DNA of 63,973 bases, the filler included, from Craspedostauros australis (taxonomy: Eukaryota), in assembly GCA_030167865.1 (NCBI GenBank). It is 16 parts of 16 records of this genome, joined end to end, with 100 filler letters (N's around TTAATTAATTAA, not from the genome) between each part and the next. Parts side by side here need not be neighbours in the genome. Positions count along the whole stretch, not along the records: positions 1 to 8,893 come from JALAGF010005010.1; positions 8,994 to 12,858 come from JALAGF010005011.1; 14 more parts are not named here. One strand, 5' to 3'. The translations under genes were made by a program, and so were the position numbers. A model generated the notes under the pieces. The model ran no database searches. It saw nothing but the letters and a program-made list of their open reading frames with translations, and was not told where the DNA came from. Positions 1-12,684 of the stretch are shown piece after piece. How positions within the stretch are numbered: position 1 is the first letter of the stretch; every line of letters starts with the position of its first letter.

Positions 1-405
1 CCCCCCCCCCCACACACACACACAATCCATCAACAACAACAAACTCCCGCTTCCTCACAAGCAACCACCATCGCAGCTCATTGGGTGGCAACACCTCCCT
101 CCTTGATCTGGCACACCCTATCATTCCTCTCATGCTTTGCTTCTACCCGCGTCAGCGCCAGCAACTGCGGTCGTCCGTACGTGCTCCACAATTCGGACGG
201 TGATGGTACATCCGCGTGAGTACACGACAAGCAATCAACGGTTGTTGCGATACACGATCCCACATTCTGGAGTTGTGTGAGCAACCACGCTCCGATTGGT
301 TTTCCTACGACTACTCTATTGTGGAACACACGTACTTGGAAGAGGNNNNNNNNNNNNNNNNNNNNNNNNNNNNNNNNNNNNNNNNNNNNNNNNNNNNTTC
401 TCGCT

Positions 406-2021
406 CTAGCAACCATCAGGAATGTTCTTCAACACCTCCGATCCGATGTTGCCACCAGAGTGCAGCTGCTTTCCGTCGGCGACCAACGCGAAGCCGTCTC
501 CGCTGATGCCATCACCAAAGGCATCGAAGAAATCAAAGTATGTACAGCGATCACGTGGAACGCATGCCTTGTATTCGGGATACTCAGTGTTGGACCTAAT
601 GAAGCCAGACTCGTTCCAGTACTCTGTGCTCGAATCTTGAGAGTCATACATCATGAAGGATGTGTCTTCTGGGAAATCATCGGTGCGGAGCTTCAACGTG
701 ACAGAGATGCAGGAGCTGTCATCATCGCCACCATCATCGTTGTTGTTGTCATTCTCATCATTGCTGTTTCCACCTCCTGCGCCACACAGCTCGGATGGTA
801 CTTTGGACATGGCACATGCATTCTCCTGTGGGTGTAGGAGTATTGGGAGAGTGGGGAAGAGTACAATAGAATGGAATGGAATAGTGAGCTCGCTGCTGTG
901 ATCATACCATACATCTTTGCATACTCACCATACTCTCCACACTCTTTCATGCTTCAACCATACTTCGAGCATACTTCCATCATGCATTGACATGCATGCA
1001 CCCACTCGGATGTACGTACCTTGATCCATTCGTACGTGTTGCTCACACGAGCGTACACACCAGGATATCGCTGCTGAGCACAGCCGATACCCCAAGACAC
1101 CACGCCCACCTGGACGCGCTCACCGCCCTTCGTCACAAACACGGGACCGCCAGAGTCACCCTGACATGAGTCCTTGGCACCCTGGTGGACACCATCCTTC
1201 ACGAAGCCAGCGCAGAACTCCGCCTCATCGCTGACCTGTCCATTGTATCTGTCCTGATTGTTGCACCACGCAGTATCGACCTGCTGGATGTCCAGGCCCA
1301 TCAGAGTCTCCGATGGGAAGCCGCCATCCGATGTGTCACCGAAACCAATCACTGTCATGGTCTGCGGATTTCCTGACCCATCTGTCCCTGGAGTGCCGAA
1401 CTTGCTGTTGATCTTCATCATGGGCACATTGGATGGTGCAGGGTTGGATAGACGGAAGAGCATGATGTCGTTGATCTGAGTGGCGGCATAGTCTGGATGG
1501 ACGCGCTTGTCATCGATCTTGCGAGCGTCAGGTCCTGTTGGCTGGTTCCATGCGAACTCATCGTACGCGCTGATGATGGCGTCCATTCCGATGGTCTGAT
1601 CGGAGTCGCAATGTGCCGCAGTGAGGACGATGTCAGGTGCGATGAGCGATCCGCCGCATCCCACGGCCCAATGGACGAACTCTGGGTACTCTCCCTTCGT
1701 CGCTTCGTTTCCTCCCACGATGTGCGTCTCGTAGTTGTTGGCATTGATGGAGTGGGTGCGCTTGTTGTGGGTTGGGCTGCTGCCATGTCCATGCCTCTTT
1801 GGACGATCTCCGCCACGCGTGGTCTTCTTCGCGTTGGTGTGAGAATCATGATGATGCGGAGCAGAATTGTTGGTGTGGGCACCGCCTCTGAGTGCGCGCC
1901 CTTCGGTGTCATGTTGGGTGTCACGGCCGGCGGCAGAATTGTGGTCTGTTGCCGATGCGGCGGTGTTTGAGGTAGCCGCGATGATTGCGATGAAGATGGG
2001 AAGGGCTGATGAAAGTTTCAT
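406..2021 (-). CDS. Secreted trypsin-like serine protease (S1) with a C-terminal extra domain; two exons, join(2021..1020, 825..406)
   Basis: Hydrophobic signal peptide, His-rich propeptide, mature IVGG start, and triad motifs TAAHC, DIML and GDSGGP with S1 Asp in KDSC. A GTACGT donor at 1019 and CACAG acceptor at 826 join EWIK to ENACAMSKV in frame. Stop TAG at 408-406. Confidence 0.9.
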
Positions 2022-4418
2022 GGTTGCTCGTTCGTGTTGGCGTTGGCGTTGGCGTTGGTGTTGGTGTTGATGGCGAGTTCGAGTGCGAGTACGTTGTTGT
2101 TGTGATGCGCTGATATTGTTGCTGTTGAATGCGATTGGATTTTATGAGATGAGATGAGAAGAGACGACGAGGGATGGAATGGAATCCAAAGGAGGTTGCA
2201 TTCCACTCATTCATGCATTCCTGTATTCACTCGTTCGCTGGTGCAGGAGGAGTATGCAGGACTGATACTGCTCTATGGCTTGTGCATGGCACATCTCGAT
2301 CGATCATCGAATTGAGTCCATTGCAAGATAAATGTCGGCGCAGGACTACAATCGGTTGCGGATTGCAAGAGCAAGACCCATGTTGATGGCACTTTGCTCG
2401 AGCGGGCGATCCATCGACTGTTGCATCTACTTGAGCATACTAGTATGTACTCTCACTCTGCTGGAGTGCTCGTCGCATGTATTCATCATGGCAATTGGTC
2501 TTGCTTCTCACCCGTACCCCCAGTTTCGTTTGTGCCGAGACTCCAATGAATCGTTTGTTCTGATGGATTGGAGCGTCAATTCAATACCATCAACAGTTCT
2601 ACTTGTGCTAGTCGTGCTAGTTGTGCTAATAGTGCTACTAGTGTTAATAGTACCAGCGGTGCCGATTGTTGATACTGGTATGAACGACATCGTTTGAGTA
2701 TTGGTCATGGGATGAGTAGAAGATGTGATGTGATGCGATGTGATGTGTTGATTTTGTGGCGTTGGTTTTGTTCGACATCGGGAATGACTGGATGTCGCGC
2801 CCGCGTGTTTTGATTGGTGACTGTAGCCGACAGGCGCAACAAGACCAAGAACTGAATCGATTGATCTCGATAAGTGAAATAGCTACAAATATCGCACACT
2901 CGTGGTTTGGTCCCGTATTGTTGGGCTCAATGCCCATTTGTTGTCCTTTGTTGAGACAACTCTCGTCTATTGAATGAACAGTCAAACAGATCGCCACAAT
3001 TCGCCACAAGTCGCGATGTTTTGTGATGGCAAGCAACACTCTGCGACGATCAATCAACCAAGCGACCAAGTGAAAGGCAAGCCACATACCACCCATTCTT
3101 CGTGTAGAGTTGCATTCATACGCACAGCTTCACACGTCGCATGATGTTGGTGTTGCTGTTGGCGCTGTTGGCGCTGTTGGCGCTGCATCTCCATGATGTG
3201 CTCTCCATTCAGTATGGTCAGTCTCGAGCGACGGTAGTGCTAGGTCGTACTGCATGGATGGAGTGGATCGCCAGCGTGCCGGGGGTGCTGGAGTGCTGAA
3301 GTTGTTCCAGTCCTGTTCGCCACCAGTATCGCTTTTTTATTCCTATTCTACTCTTCTATGCCGAGTTCCCATTGTTCTCATCGATTTGTACGGCAGACGG
3401 AGATGCACTCGCCATGTGCTGATCGATCCGCTGCTCGTGTCCGAATCAACGTGGCTCGAAGTGACTCAGAGCGCGTCCCGAAACAGTTTTGTTTCAGATT
3501 CCTTTGTTCCGAACACCAACGCCGAATTGTGGCGGCTATTCACAATCACGATGATGCGGTGGCCTCCGATGTGCATTGAAGTGCCTATCAGGCAGCGCTC
3601 CAAGCCTTGAAGAAGAAGAAGATCTCAAGAGCAAGATCAAGGTCAACGCAACGGAAAAAAGATCACGGGCTGTAGTGGACTGACGGTGACTATTCTCGGC
3701 TGGTGAAGTCATGGCCCCATTCATCATGATGGCGATGGAGATGGCGCATGTGCAGAATTCGTCGTTGCAGCCGAGGGTCCTGCCGACGACAGTGGAACGA
3801 TGATCAAGAGTATCTCCGGTTGCAACGATGAGGCAACTCGTGGGGTCGTGGCGGCTGAAGAAGCCGAGGCCCGATTCAACAGCATCAAGGACGGTGATGG
3901 TGTGAATGATCTGCTGGCCAGAACCGTGAAGAACGGCGCGAGACTGCTCACTGGTGCGGAGAATGCATGCCGAGGAACCTTTGCTTCGGGATTGCGCACG
4001 GTGAAAACAACAAGGTCGGAGACAACTTCTTCATCAAAAAGTCTACGTGCCGTGCACGGCCGGCTCCTCATGCCGTCAATGTGCACGTAAAGAAGTGTGC
4101 AGCGAGAACAGCACATTGGCCTACATAACGACTTGTGACGCAACGTGAACACAAAAAACTCGAGAGAGAGAGAGAGAGAGCTTTCTATTCTGCTTATGGC
4201 CACCTAAGTTATGAATACACTTCCATCTTGCTTCAACTATTTGCACTACGCAGCCAGAGAATTGAGAGTATTTTGCAGGCCGCGCAGTCGCCGAAGGGTT
4301 CGTGTGAATTCCAAATGCTCCCCGCCTCAGCCAGTCCTTCTCTTCCAGCTGCGCCTGTCCCAAATGTTTTTGCACAATACTATAGCTAAGTTTGTCCTGC
4401 GGAACCTCCGCCACCTCT

Positions 4419-7400
4419 TCAAGACATGTCTGTCAATACTGATAGATCGTCATCGTCATCATCACCATTGGCATGGCCTTCAACAGTTTCATGGATGGCG
4501 TAGGACTTCTCCCTTTGCCTGGCTCTTGACTTCAAACCGTCGCTCCTCAATCCAGTGCTCGTGACAGTTGGAACCACAGTTGCCTCTGGAGTACGAACAG
4601 TCACAAGATCAAAGCAGGCATCCAATCTCTGCGGATCCATAAGCGCGACTGTTTGAGCAATGACGCCGTCGCTCTTTCGTGCGTGGCGCACAAGATCTTC
4701 ATCGATGTGATCTCCGCGCCGCTGTCGCAGGTCCTCGCATTTGGTGACGGCGCCCCAAGCCTCGTAGAATTCTGCGGCGCGTGTGAAGTAATGGCGGATG
4801 AGGTTGGATGTTCTGTCCCGAGCATCGCGCGTGCTAATTCGTAAGAAGGCCTCACCGGCCATCTCGCACGCCAGGCCGGCTTCGTGGATATGGTTTCTCG
4901 ATCTGGCCTTCTCGATCGCTTCGTCGTAACATGCTTGGACGTACGTGGGCGTTCGTGGGCCCATCTTGATGGCCTTCATTTCTGCTCGCAATAGGAGGTA
5001 ATGGTGACGCACGTTGTTGCCTTTTGTTTCGCACATTTGCTTGAGTATGTGCTTTTGCTTTCGGAGGATCGAGATGTACTTCCTTTGTTTCGTCTGATGA
5101 TAACGGTTCGATGCCATCAGACCGCCCAATTGGGGTATGGATGATGCCACGGAGTACGCGAGGTCGCTCACCTTGGCGTTGTCCACAAGGTGGAACAGGA
5201 CCTCGGCAAACTCGAACTTGCGGAAGAAGACCGCAAGGTGTAACCGGCTCCAGTGCGCGGTGTTTTGGAGGTACGGATCGCCACCTTCGAACTGTTTGAG
5301 GTTGCCAAGTTCATCCCAATCTAGCTTGAGGATGCCAGCCATGTACCTGGGGGCAAGGACGTACTCTGGCATGAGCTTGGAGTGGGCCTCGATCTTGTAG
5401 ATGGTGAATTGTTGCAAGGCAGAATCGACAGCGGATGATAAGCCGTCCAACGGGTATCCCTCCATGTATGCATAAATGAGACTTGAAAAATGAGACACGA
5501 TGCCTATCTCAAAGTCACCACTCGACATGGCGGCTTTGTATGCCTCTTGAAAGTCAGAGCTGATCTCCGCAGGCTCCTTCGTGTATGGGTCGATGTAGAT
5601 GGCCGCAACGTTGTAAACCAACGCGCGGATTCGTGTCCCGTCAACCTTGTGAATGGCCTTCTTTGCGAGTTCGATGTATCTTCGTGCGTTGGAATACTCC
5701 CCGAGAACAAGATGAAGCATTGCGAACATGGCCAGTCCTTGGCAGGAGCCTTCGCAGATGCCTTGTGCTCGAGTGATCTGGACCATCTGAACCGTGGACA
5801 GCACCCACGTGAGGGTGGATTGACACACGTAGCTCCGCACCGCGATTTGTTGCAGGAATCCGATGGATTGGATTGTGGCGGGATCTGTTGTCACGGGGCA
5901 TCGGCTGAAGAACTCGTCGTCACTTGTTTGTCCAAAATAGGATCTTGCCGACATCAGTTGCCATACCGATCTGGCCAGGAACCCGCGCTTGGGATACACG
6001 TTGCACAGCTGGGCGCTGGCTTGGCTCATCTCAAGCGCGCGCTTGTGCTTGTCCTGTCTTGCCAAGGCATCCGCCATGGAGTGGTAGGTGGCAAGCTTGT
6101 GTGAAATGCACTGGGCATGCTGCAAGAGTTCGTCGCTCAACGAAAACCCCAGCTCGAAATTGCCAACAGCCAACTCAAGATCTGCTCTCGAACGAATCAA
6201 GCGCAGTGTGAGCTCGTATTGATATTTCCATGGGTTGCCATGGGCCTTCTTCAATTGCTCTGTCGCGATTTGCAGATATTTGGCGGCTGGGATGAGAGCG
6301 GCGATCTTCAACGCGTGCTCGCCGACTTCCAGATTCTGCTTGGCGGCCTGCAGATGATCCTTCGTTCGTGCCAAATTCAGATATTCCATGGCGACAAAAA
6401 GCAGGGCACCATCATCCGTGGCTGCACGGGACGTTGCAAGAGCGGCTCCGTCCCCTTTCTCGGAAGACTGGGTACCATCTGTGGACGCTGCACATATGTT
6501 CCACAGACATTGGCCGATGCGCAGTTGGAGCTTGATGCGGATCTCGCCGAAGGGTACGAGACTCCGGGCCGCCTGCTGGACGCGATCATGCGCAAAGGAG
6601 TACGTAGTGCCTCCGATCGAGTTGTGCAGCATGCTTTCCAGCACCGCTTGTTCGAGCCATTCGACGACCGGAATGTCGTCATCGGGGATGTTTGGGGAGG
6701 ATCTGAGGTTGCTTTCATCGTTGCCAAGGATATCTTCTGTGCCGCGGTTGTATCGGACTTCATAGTCCTGCAGCATCTGAAGCAGGCCTGAGTCGAAGGA
6801 TGATCCGATGTACGATGCGAGTGCCAAGAGCTTTTGCAATGGACGAGGCAAGGATCGAATCCTGGATGTCAGGAGATAGGTGATGCCGTGCGGTCCTGTT
6901 GCCATCAATCCCCCATTCCCACTTGTGTTCGAATGGGAGTCATCTTGGAATTTCCATTGGGAGGAGATGGCATCGTATGCCAAGCCATGCGTGCGCTCCA
7001 TCTCTCGCAACAGATGGATGGCGTGAAAGATATTGCCGCCAGTCTGTTGGTACAAATGCTCGGTGAGTCGACCGACGAACGCATCATGATCGCTGTGATC
7101 TGCGCCCCCAAGCTGGAGGAGATTCGACACCCAGTCGTAGAGCTCTTGCGGAGAAAAATCCGCGAGATGGATGCTGGTGTATGGCATGGGAGCGTTTCTC
7201 GTCTTGGCTCTGAGCTCTGTCGGAACGTCTTCCCGAGACGATGACTGACGGATGTCATTCAGAAGCTTCATGAACGGGAGAGTAGCATTCGGCTCCAGCA
7301 GCTCGCCCGGTGAGTGAGGATTGGTCTCTTGACGGATGGTGCCGATCAAAAGTAGGTGAGGCCGGTGCAGGATGGTGGATACCAGATCCATGCTCTCCTG

Positions 7401-8306
7401 CGACGCCCACTGCAGATCGTCGAGCACCATCACCAATGGACATTCCTTGGTCGATATGATTCTGAGGAATTGCGTGAACGTGTACTGGAGCCTGTTCCAC
7501 GATGTCTCGGTGGAGAAGTCGGTCGGAGGTTTTGGAGCCGTCGCGCCTTGATTCTTCGCTTCGGCCGCCACATCACTGGCGCTGTTCAATAGGATGGACA
7601 GGGCCGGGATGAAGGAAATGAGGAGATCCTTTTGCTGCGATGTCATCCAGCTCGATTTGACTCTTCGACGCAGACGTTGAAGCTCCGTCGCCGTCTTGCT
7701 CTTGCTGTCTTTGTGCCCATCGGCATCGCTGATTGCGGCCAATCTCCCCGAACCAACCGTGAGGGTGGCAGCTTGGGACTCTAATTCGGCGCACCAGGCC
7801 GAGAATGCCTGCGTGATGGCGGCGAAGGGATTGTTTCGTTGGGATTCTTCAAACTTGCCCTTGATGATGATAATCTTGTGCCCGTCCCCTGATTGTTCGC
7901 AAAGCTGGGAACAGAACGCATCCACGAGCTTTGACTTGCCCGTCCCGCTGGCACCCCATACAAACACAGCCGGAACCCAAGGCTCGGCGTCACTCTTGTT
8001 TACGTCGCATGGGGGCGTTGCCGGAGATGTCAGCTTCAGTACCTCGCCTCCATCGGGCGCCTTGCCGCCTCCATTCTGCGCCATCACTCGATAGAAAACA
8101 TGACGCATCGTCCTCAATTCTTTTTGCCTCCCATGAAATCCACCCGCAAAGCAGCCGTCCTTGAAGAACGTAGTGGTGGGGTCGATGAGGTCGCCATCAC
8201 ATTGGTAGTCACCATCTGATGTGGACGTGCACGTGGACAGGGAACTCTCCAGGTGAGGACTTGGTTGGCCCGGAGTGTCGTCATGCACCGACGCTGTGGC
8301 GAGCAT
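4419..8306 (-). CDS. Large AAA/STAND-type ATPase (AAA_16, COG3899-like) with a helical C-terminal region
   Basis: Uninterrupted 1295-aa ORF. Walker A GASGTGKS, Walker B VLDDLQW, TGGNIF and FAHDRVQQAA motifs match the ATPase module of bacterial Ser/Thr-kinase-ATPase-His-kinase proteins. No kinase motifs are visible. Confidence 0.85.
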   Translation of the reverse strand: MLATASVHDDTPGQPSPHLESSLSTCTSTSDGDYQCDGDLIDPTTTFFKDGCFAGGFHGRQKELRTMRHVFYRVMAQNGGGKAPDGGEVLKLTSPATPPCDVNKSDAEPWVPAVFVWGASGTGKSKLVDAFCSQLCEQSGDGHKIIIIKGKFEESQRNNPFAAITQAFSAWCAELESQAATLTVGSGRLAAISDADGHKDSKSKTATELQRLRRRVKSSWMTSQQKDLLISFIPALSILLNSASDVAAEAKNQGATAPKPPTDFSTETSWNRLQYTFTQFLRIISTKECPLVMVLDDLQWASQESMDLVSTILHRPHLLLIGTIRQETNPHSPGELLEPNATLPFMKLLNDIRQSSSREDVPTELRAKTRNAPMPYTSIHLADFSPQELYDWVSNLLQLGGADHSDHDAFVGRLTEHLYQQTGGNIFHAIHLLREMERTHGLAYDAISSQWKFQDDSHSNTSGNGGLMATGPHGITYLLTSRIRSLPRPLQKLLALASYIGSSFDSGLLQMLQDYEVRYNRGTEDILGNDESNLRSSPNIPDDDIPVVEWLEQAVLESMLHNSIGGTTYSFAHDRVQQAARSLVPFGEIRIKLQLRIGQCLWNICAASTDGTQSSEKGDGAALATSRAATDDGALLFVAMEYLNLARTKDHLQAAKQNLEVGEHALKIAALIPAAKYLQIATEQLKKAHGNPWKYQYELTLRLIRSRADLELAVGNFELGFSLSDELLQHAQCISHKLATYHSMADALARQDKHKRALEMSQASAQLCNVYPKRGFLARSVWQLMSARSYFGQTSDDEFFSRCPVTTDPATIQSIGFLQQIAVRSYVCQSTLTWVLSTVQMVQITRAQGICEGSCQGLAMFAMLHLVLGEYSNARRYIELAKKAIHKVDGTRIRALVYNVAAIYIDPYTKEPAEISSDFQEAYKAAMSSGDFEIGIVSHFSSLIYAYMEGYPLDGLSSAVDSALQQFTIYKIEAHSKLMPEYVLAPRYMAGILKLDWDELGNLKQFEGGDPYLQNTAHWSRLHLAVFFRKFEFAEVLFHLVDNAKVSDLAYSVASSIPQLGGLMASNRYHQTKQRKYISILRKQKHILKQMCETKGNNVRHHYLLLRAEMKAIKMGPRTPTYVQACYDEAIEKARSRNHIHEAGLACEMAGEAFLRISTRDARDRTSNLIRHYFTRAAEFYEAWGAVTKCEDLRQRRGDHIDEDLVRHARKSDGVIAQTVALMDPQRLDACFDLVTVRTPEATVVPTVTSTGLRSDGLKSRARQREKSYAIHETVEGHANGDDDDDDLSVLTDMS

Positions 8307-8937
8307 CCTGTACGATCCTGTGTTCGACTTCTTGGGCTGTGCACAGCGTCTCTCGTGCTTGTTGGATTGGTTCGTCGATCAATGATTGGTCAATGATTTC
8401 AGCTGCACTAATATTTTATGGAATGTGGTGGCAGACATGTCGGGCTGTGTGGATGGATGTGCATTCGAGTACTACTCTTGTATCGAGTATGGTGGTAGGT
8501 CCTCGTATGGTCGAGTGTGCATGACTACCTGTGTGTTCGCACCATACTAGGACGCTTGGTTCTGCTCATGATGTTTCTTCAACGCCGCGGCAACAAGGTA
8601 CACTTGAGGATGAAAAAGTGGTGGATTGGTGACGTGGTGGTGATCAATGTGTCGTCTTCTGTCAGTGGGTGTCGATCCCATAGTCGTGGGTTGGTGAACT
8701 GTGGACCATACTTGCGATGGCTCTTTGATCATGGCTGGGGTCATGAGCGTGGACAAGTTTCATTGCGGATGTGTCCACAGTGAGTGTTTCCCGCTTGTTG
8801 GCGCAACCTTCATGTGGGGGCGTGTCGCACCCTTGTCTCCGAGCAAGCGTTCGGGATTGGTTAAGGGATTGTTTGTGGTCCCTGGAAGGAGAGNNNNNNN
8901 NNNNNNNNNNNNNNNNNNNNNNNNNNNNNNNNNNNNN

Positions 8938-8949
8938 TTAATTAATTAA
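8938..8949. other. Artificial scaffold-joining spacer TTAATTAATTAA flanked by N runs (first of 15)
   Basis: The same 12-mer (stops in all six frames) sits between ~44-N runs 15 times in the window. Confidence 0.97.
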
Positions 8950-8993
8950 NNNNNNNNNNNNNNNNNNNNNNNNNNNNNNNNNNNNNNNNNNNN

Positions 8994-9183
8994 ATGTTGA
9001 ATCAGCAACAACTGATGCTCAACATGAACCGCCATCTGGAGGAGGATAGGAACCGGATGCAGCGCGAGACCTCGCAGCTGCGCGAGTTGCAAATGCAACT
9101 CTTGTCCGACGTGAGGTCTCTCGTGAACGCCATGTCCGAGGCTCGACGCCACCAGAAGCACGACACCGACACCAACCACAACC

Positions 9184-9261
<78 letters not shown>

Positions 9262-9401
9262 NNNNNNNNNNNNNNNNNNNNNNNNNNNNNNNNNNNNNNN
9301 NNNNNNNNNNNNNNNNNNNNNNNNNNNNNNNNNNNNNNNNNNNNNNNNNNNNNNNNNNNNNNNNNNNNNNNNNNNNNNNNNNNNNNNNNNNNNNNNNNNN
9401 C

Positions 9402-9475
<74 letters not shown>

Positions 9476-9526
9476 CGAGGGCGAGAACAGCAACAGCCGC
9501 AACGGCGACGACGACGCGGGAAAATG
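8994..9526 (+). CDS. Possible 3' end of an Asn-rich coiled-coil protein (partial, gapped)
   Basis: Open from the scaffold start: Q/L-rich helical segment, then poly-Asn from (AAC)n, then TGA. No recognisable domain. Confidence 0.3.
9184..9476 (+). repeat. (CAA)n microsatellite interrupted by an N gap
   Basis: Directly visible trinucleotide run. Confidence 0.95.
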
Positions 9527-9961
9527 ATACTCACCCATTCTTTCGTCTCTACGTATTTCCACATTTCATACCTTCTTTCCCGCAATCCCTCACATTCCGC
9601 AAAANNNNNNNNNNNNNNNNNNNNNNNNNNNNNNNNNNNNNNNNNNNNNNNNNNNNNNNNNNNNNNNNNNNNNNNNNNNNNNNNNNNNNNNNNNNNNNNN
9701 NNNNNNNNNNNNNNNNNNNNNNNNNNCAAAACCAAGTGGAGAAGCCGACGCGCTGAAGCCCTTGTGCGCACAGCCGCATGCTTCCTTCCGCGTCTACATC
9801 CATTCCATCAGAAAAAACAAATCCCAGCATTCGATCATCGCCCACAGCACAGCACACACAACACAAGTGCCCGCGCGCCATGAGTACTACATAATAGAAT
9901 AGTTTGTCGAATACGTATTACATGTATATGTACCTCATTAATTCTAACTGTGTGTACATGA

Positions 9962-11176
9962 TCATGGGATCAGGTCGATGTATTCTTCGAATGTGAGCTT
10001 GTGCGATTGGTACCGCGCAGACTGCTGATTGCCATTCATGGTGCAATGAATGTTGGCGAGGAACGCAGCAACAAAATGAATGAGTGTGAGAGGATTCAGC
10101 AGGGTTTTGTTGGCGTTGCGAACGCTGACGAGGGGAAAATTCTTCGTGATCTCCTTGAATGCCCATTCAACACAGATGCGTCCCGACGACATGTCCTTGT
10201 TGCACTGTGCCTCAGAGGACCCTGGAACAGTGTCCTTGTATGCAGCGAATATGTATGGTGTAGTAGGATATGCTGGATCGCCGTAGAGACGATATGGAGG
10301 ATTGTTCTCATCCAATGGCATGAGATCCTCCAATCGCTGTTCGATTTGGCTTTGCTCGAACATGTACCCGTCACCACGAGCACCCGCAATCGGCCCAAAG
10401 TAGTGAATGAGCAACCCATCTGGCGCAACGATGCCTTGATAGTGCAACCCATGACCGCGTTTATAGCCTGAGTAGAGGTCCTCTTGATTCTCCTTGGGAC
10501 GACGGGTTTCCCAGAACGTGCCGTCGACATAAGCAATCACATCGTCCACCAAGCCATGGGTGAGACGGTGATTGTTCTCCGCATAGTCGGGGAATCGATC
10601 ATGAAACAAGCCAATGTCGCTCAGGTACGGTTTGCCAATGTCATAGAAGTAGGAGTAGAAAGTGGAGGCAATGCTGGAAATACGGACGCTGTCCATGCTG
10701 AATCTCTGTTCCATGTCAAACAGTCGTCCGCGATGTGCCAGACGGAACAGCATGACAAGCAATCCCATTTCGTAGGATACCTTGTATCGATTCCGCACTT
10801 GAATGCATGCAGGATCTGCCTCACTGGACACCGCCTGGAACTTTGGCCAGAGACGGTCAGCCAGACGTTGAAGATCACGCACACGGAAACGAAAGTGACG
10901 AACACTTTCGCGCTCGTCCAGTTCTGCGATGGCAATGTTCCTGTTGGTGAACATGGGAGGAGGTCCCAATGGAACAAGGTAGATTTGCTGCATTTGTAGC
11001 ACATGACGGCCCAATGCGACGATGTTGCTATAGTGCTGAACCAGAATCACAACGCCTGCATAATCCAGACGTTGGACGTCGATGTCTGCAAGTTGAGTGA
11101 TGGCAGCCTCAAATCGAGTGATTGCTTCTTGCAATGCCTGCCGCTCGGGAACAGTATTCCAATTAGGATTGACCAT
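9962..11176 (-). mobile_element. PIF/Harbinger DDE transposase (HARBI1-like, DDE_Tnp_4), ~404 aa, apparently intact
   Basis: FRF and LFRLAH (HTH), IAYVDGT (D), YSGYKRGHG, GPIAGARGD, LYGDPAYP (D), NKDMSSGRICVEWAFKE (E). Likely ATG at 11176; an upstream in-frame ATG lies at 11275. Confidence 0.9.
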
Positions 11177-12219
11177 AACAACGATAGTTAGCAGTAATCG
11201 AACGCGTAGAGGAGCTGTGTGTGCGAAAGTGCGATGAACACAGACTAATTCAAGGAGCAGCGAGTATCCCTTCATGACCTAGGGGATTACTTCGATCCAA
11301 TATAAATTTCATTCTCACCCCATTCCGTTTTTGACCGCAACTTTTACATGTACCCCTCCACTTTTCTTGTACCAACGGAATCCTTGGGAGTTGGCGCTTC
11401 TNNNNNNNNNNNNNNNNNNNNNNNNNNNNNNNNNNNNNNNNNNNNNNNNNNNCCTCCGAAGTACTCGTGAATCGTTTTTTCGGCGACGGGACTGATGGGA
11501 AAACTCATCAGCGAGGCCATCATCGCTGATTTTCGCGACACATCAATGATTTTTTCGGTGCTCACATCGCTCAACTCGATCGCCGTTTTCACATGCATCA
11601 CTTGGCATGCGTGTTCATACAGCTCCATGAATACCTGCCAACACATTGCTTCGCTGATGATCTCTGTGGCTCATCGCTCATGGATCATTCTTCGTTGCAC
11701 GCAATCTCTTTGATTGTTTCTTCGCACCGTCGAAGAGATCATCGCGATTGGTGATCACAAAATCGCAATCGCAATTCCAACCATTCCACATCATCGATCG
11801 CCCATCACAACACAAGCACAGCCAATCGCATGCACCCGTGGCCATGCCTGCATCATCTCCGGCTTCTCCCACATCCAAGCGTGCCAAAGTATCCAAGCCT
11901 TCTTCCAATGGCGCGGCAAGCTACAATTGCGCCAAACCCTTCGTGGTATTCCTCAACAGCAATCGGAAAAAAATCCCTTCATGCTACCAATGGAGTGACG
12001 GGAGACCGTTCCGCAGGAGCACCAACTGCAAGCAGCAAGGGAGTATGCAATGGCAACAGTGCCTGCATCAGCGTTGCTGGTACCACCACTGCCAGCAGCA
12101 CTGCAAGCATACTCGAAAGCAACAGGCGCAGCAGTCGTATTATCGAGCGCCTCAAACGCAAACTTGCATTGAGGTGCGGAAGAAAAAACAAGAGGAGTGG
12201 CCCGATTGCAACCAACAAC

Positions 12220-12437
12220 AGCAACGATGGCATGGCCAGCAATGATGGCACAGGCAGCAACAATGGCACGGCCAGCAGCAATGATGGCATGGCCAGCAGC
12301 AATGATGGCACGGCCAGCAACAATGGAGCAATGGCCAGCAGCAATGATGGCACGGCCAGCAACAATGGAGCAATGGCCAGCAATGATGGCACGGCCAGCA
12401 GCAATGATGGCACGGCCAGCAACAATGGAGCAATGGA
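12220..12437 (+). repeat. 18-21 bp minisatellite encoding SNDGTAS/SNNGAMA repeats
   Basis: Tandem gcaatgatggcacggccagca-like units. Confidence 0.85.
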
Positions 12438-12684
12438 TGCAGACCGCACCACTTCGACTGGTGTTGCCATGGCTCCTGATGGNNNNNNNNNNNNNNNNNN
12501 NNNNNNNNNNNNNNNNNNNNNNNNNNNNNNNNNNNNNNNNNNNNNNNNNNNNNNNNNNNNNNNNNNNNNNNNNNNNNNNNNNNNNNNNNNNNNNNNNNNN
12601 NNNNNNNNNNNNNNNNNNNNNNNNNNNNNNNNNNNNNNNNNNNNNNNNNNNNNNNNNNNNNNNNNNNNNNNNNNNNNNNNNNNN

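Noticed and set aside
3358..4090. Coding-looking stretch (SAYQAALQALKKKK..., MIKSISG...)
   Set aside because: Interrupted by stops with no recognisable family; at most a decayed gene.
9002..9771. Poly-Leu, poly-Cys, poly-Thr and poly-Val ORFs here and at 24578-24989 and 49011-49592
   Set aside because: Translations of microsatellites and N runs.
11344..11908. Possible Myb/SANT accessory ORF of the Harbinger
   Set aside because: No Trp-spaced Myb pattern; it has an in-frame stop and a gap.
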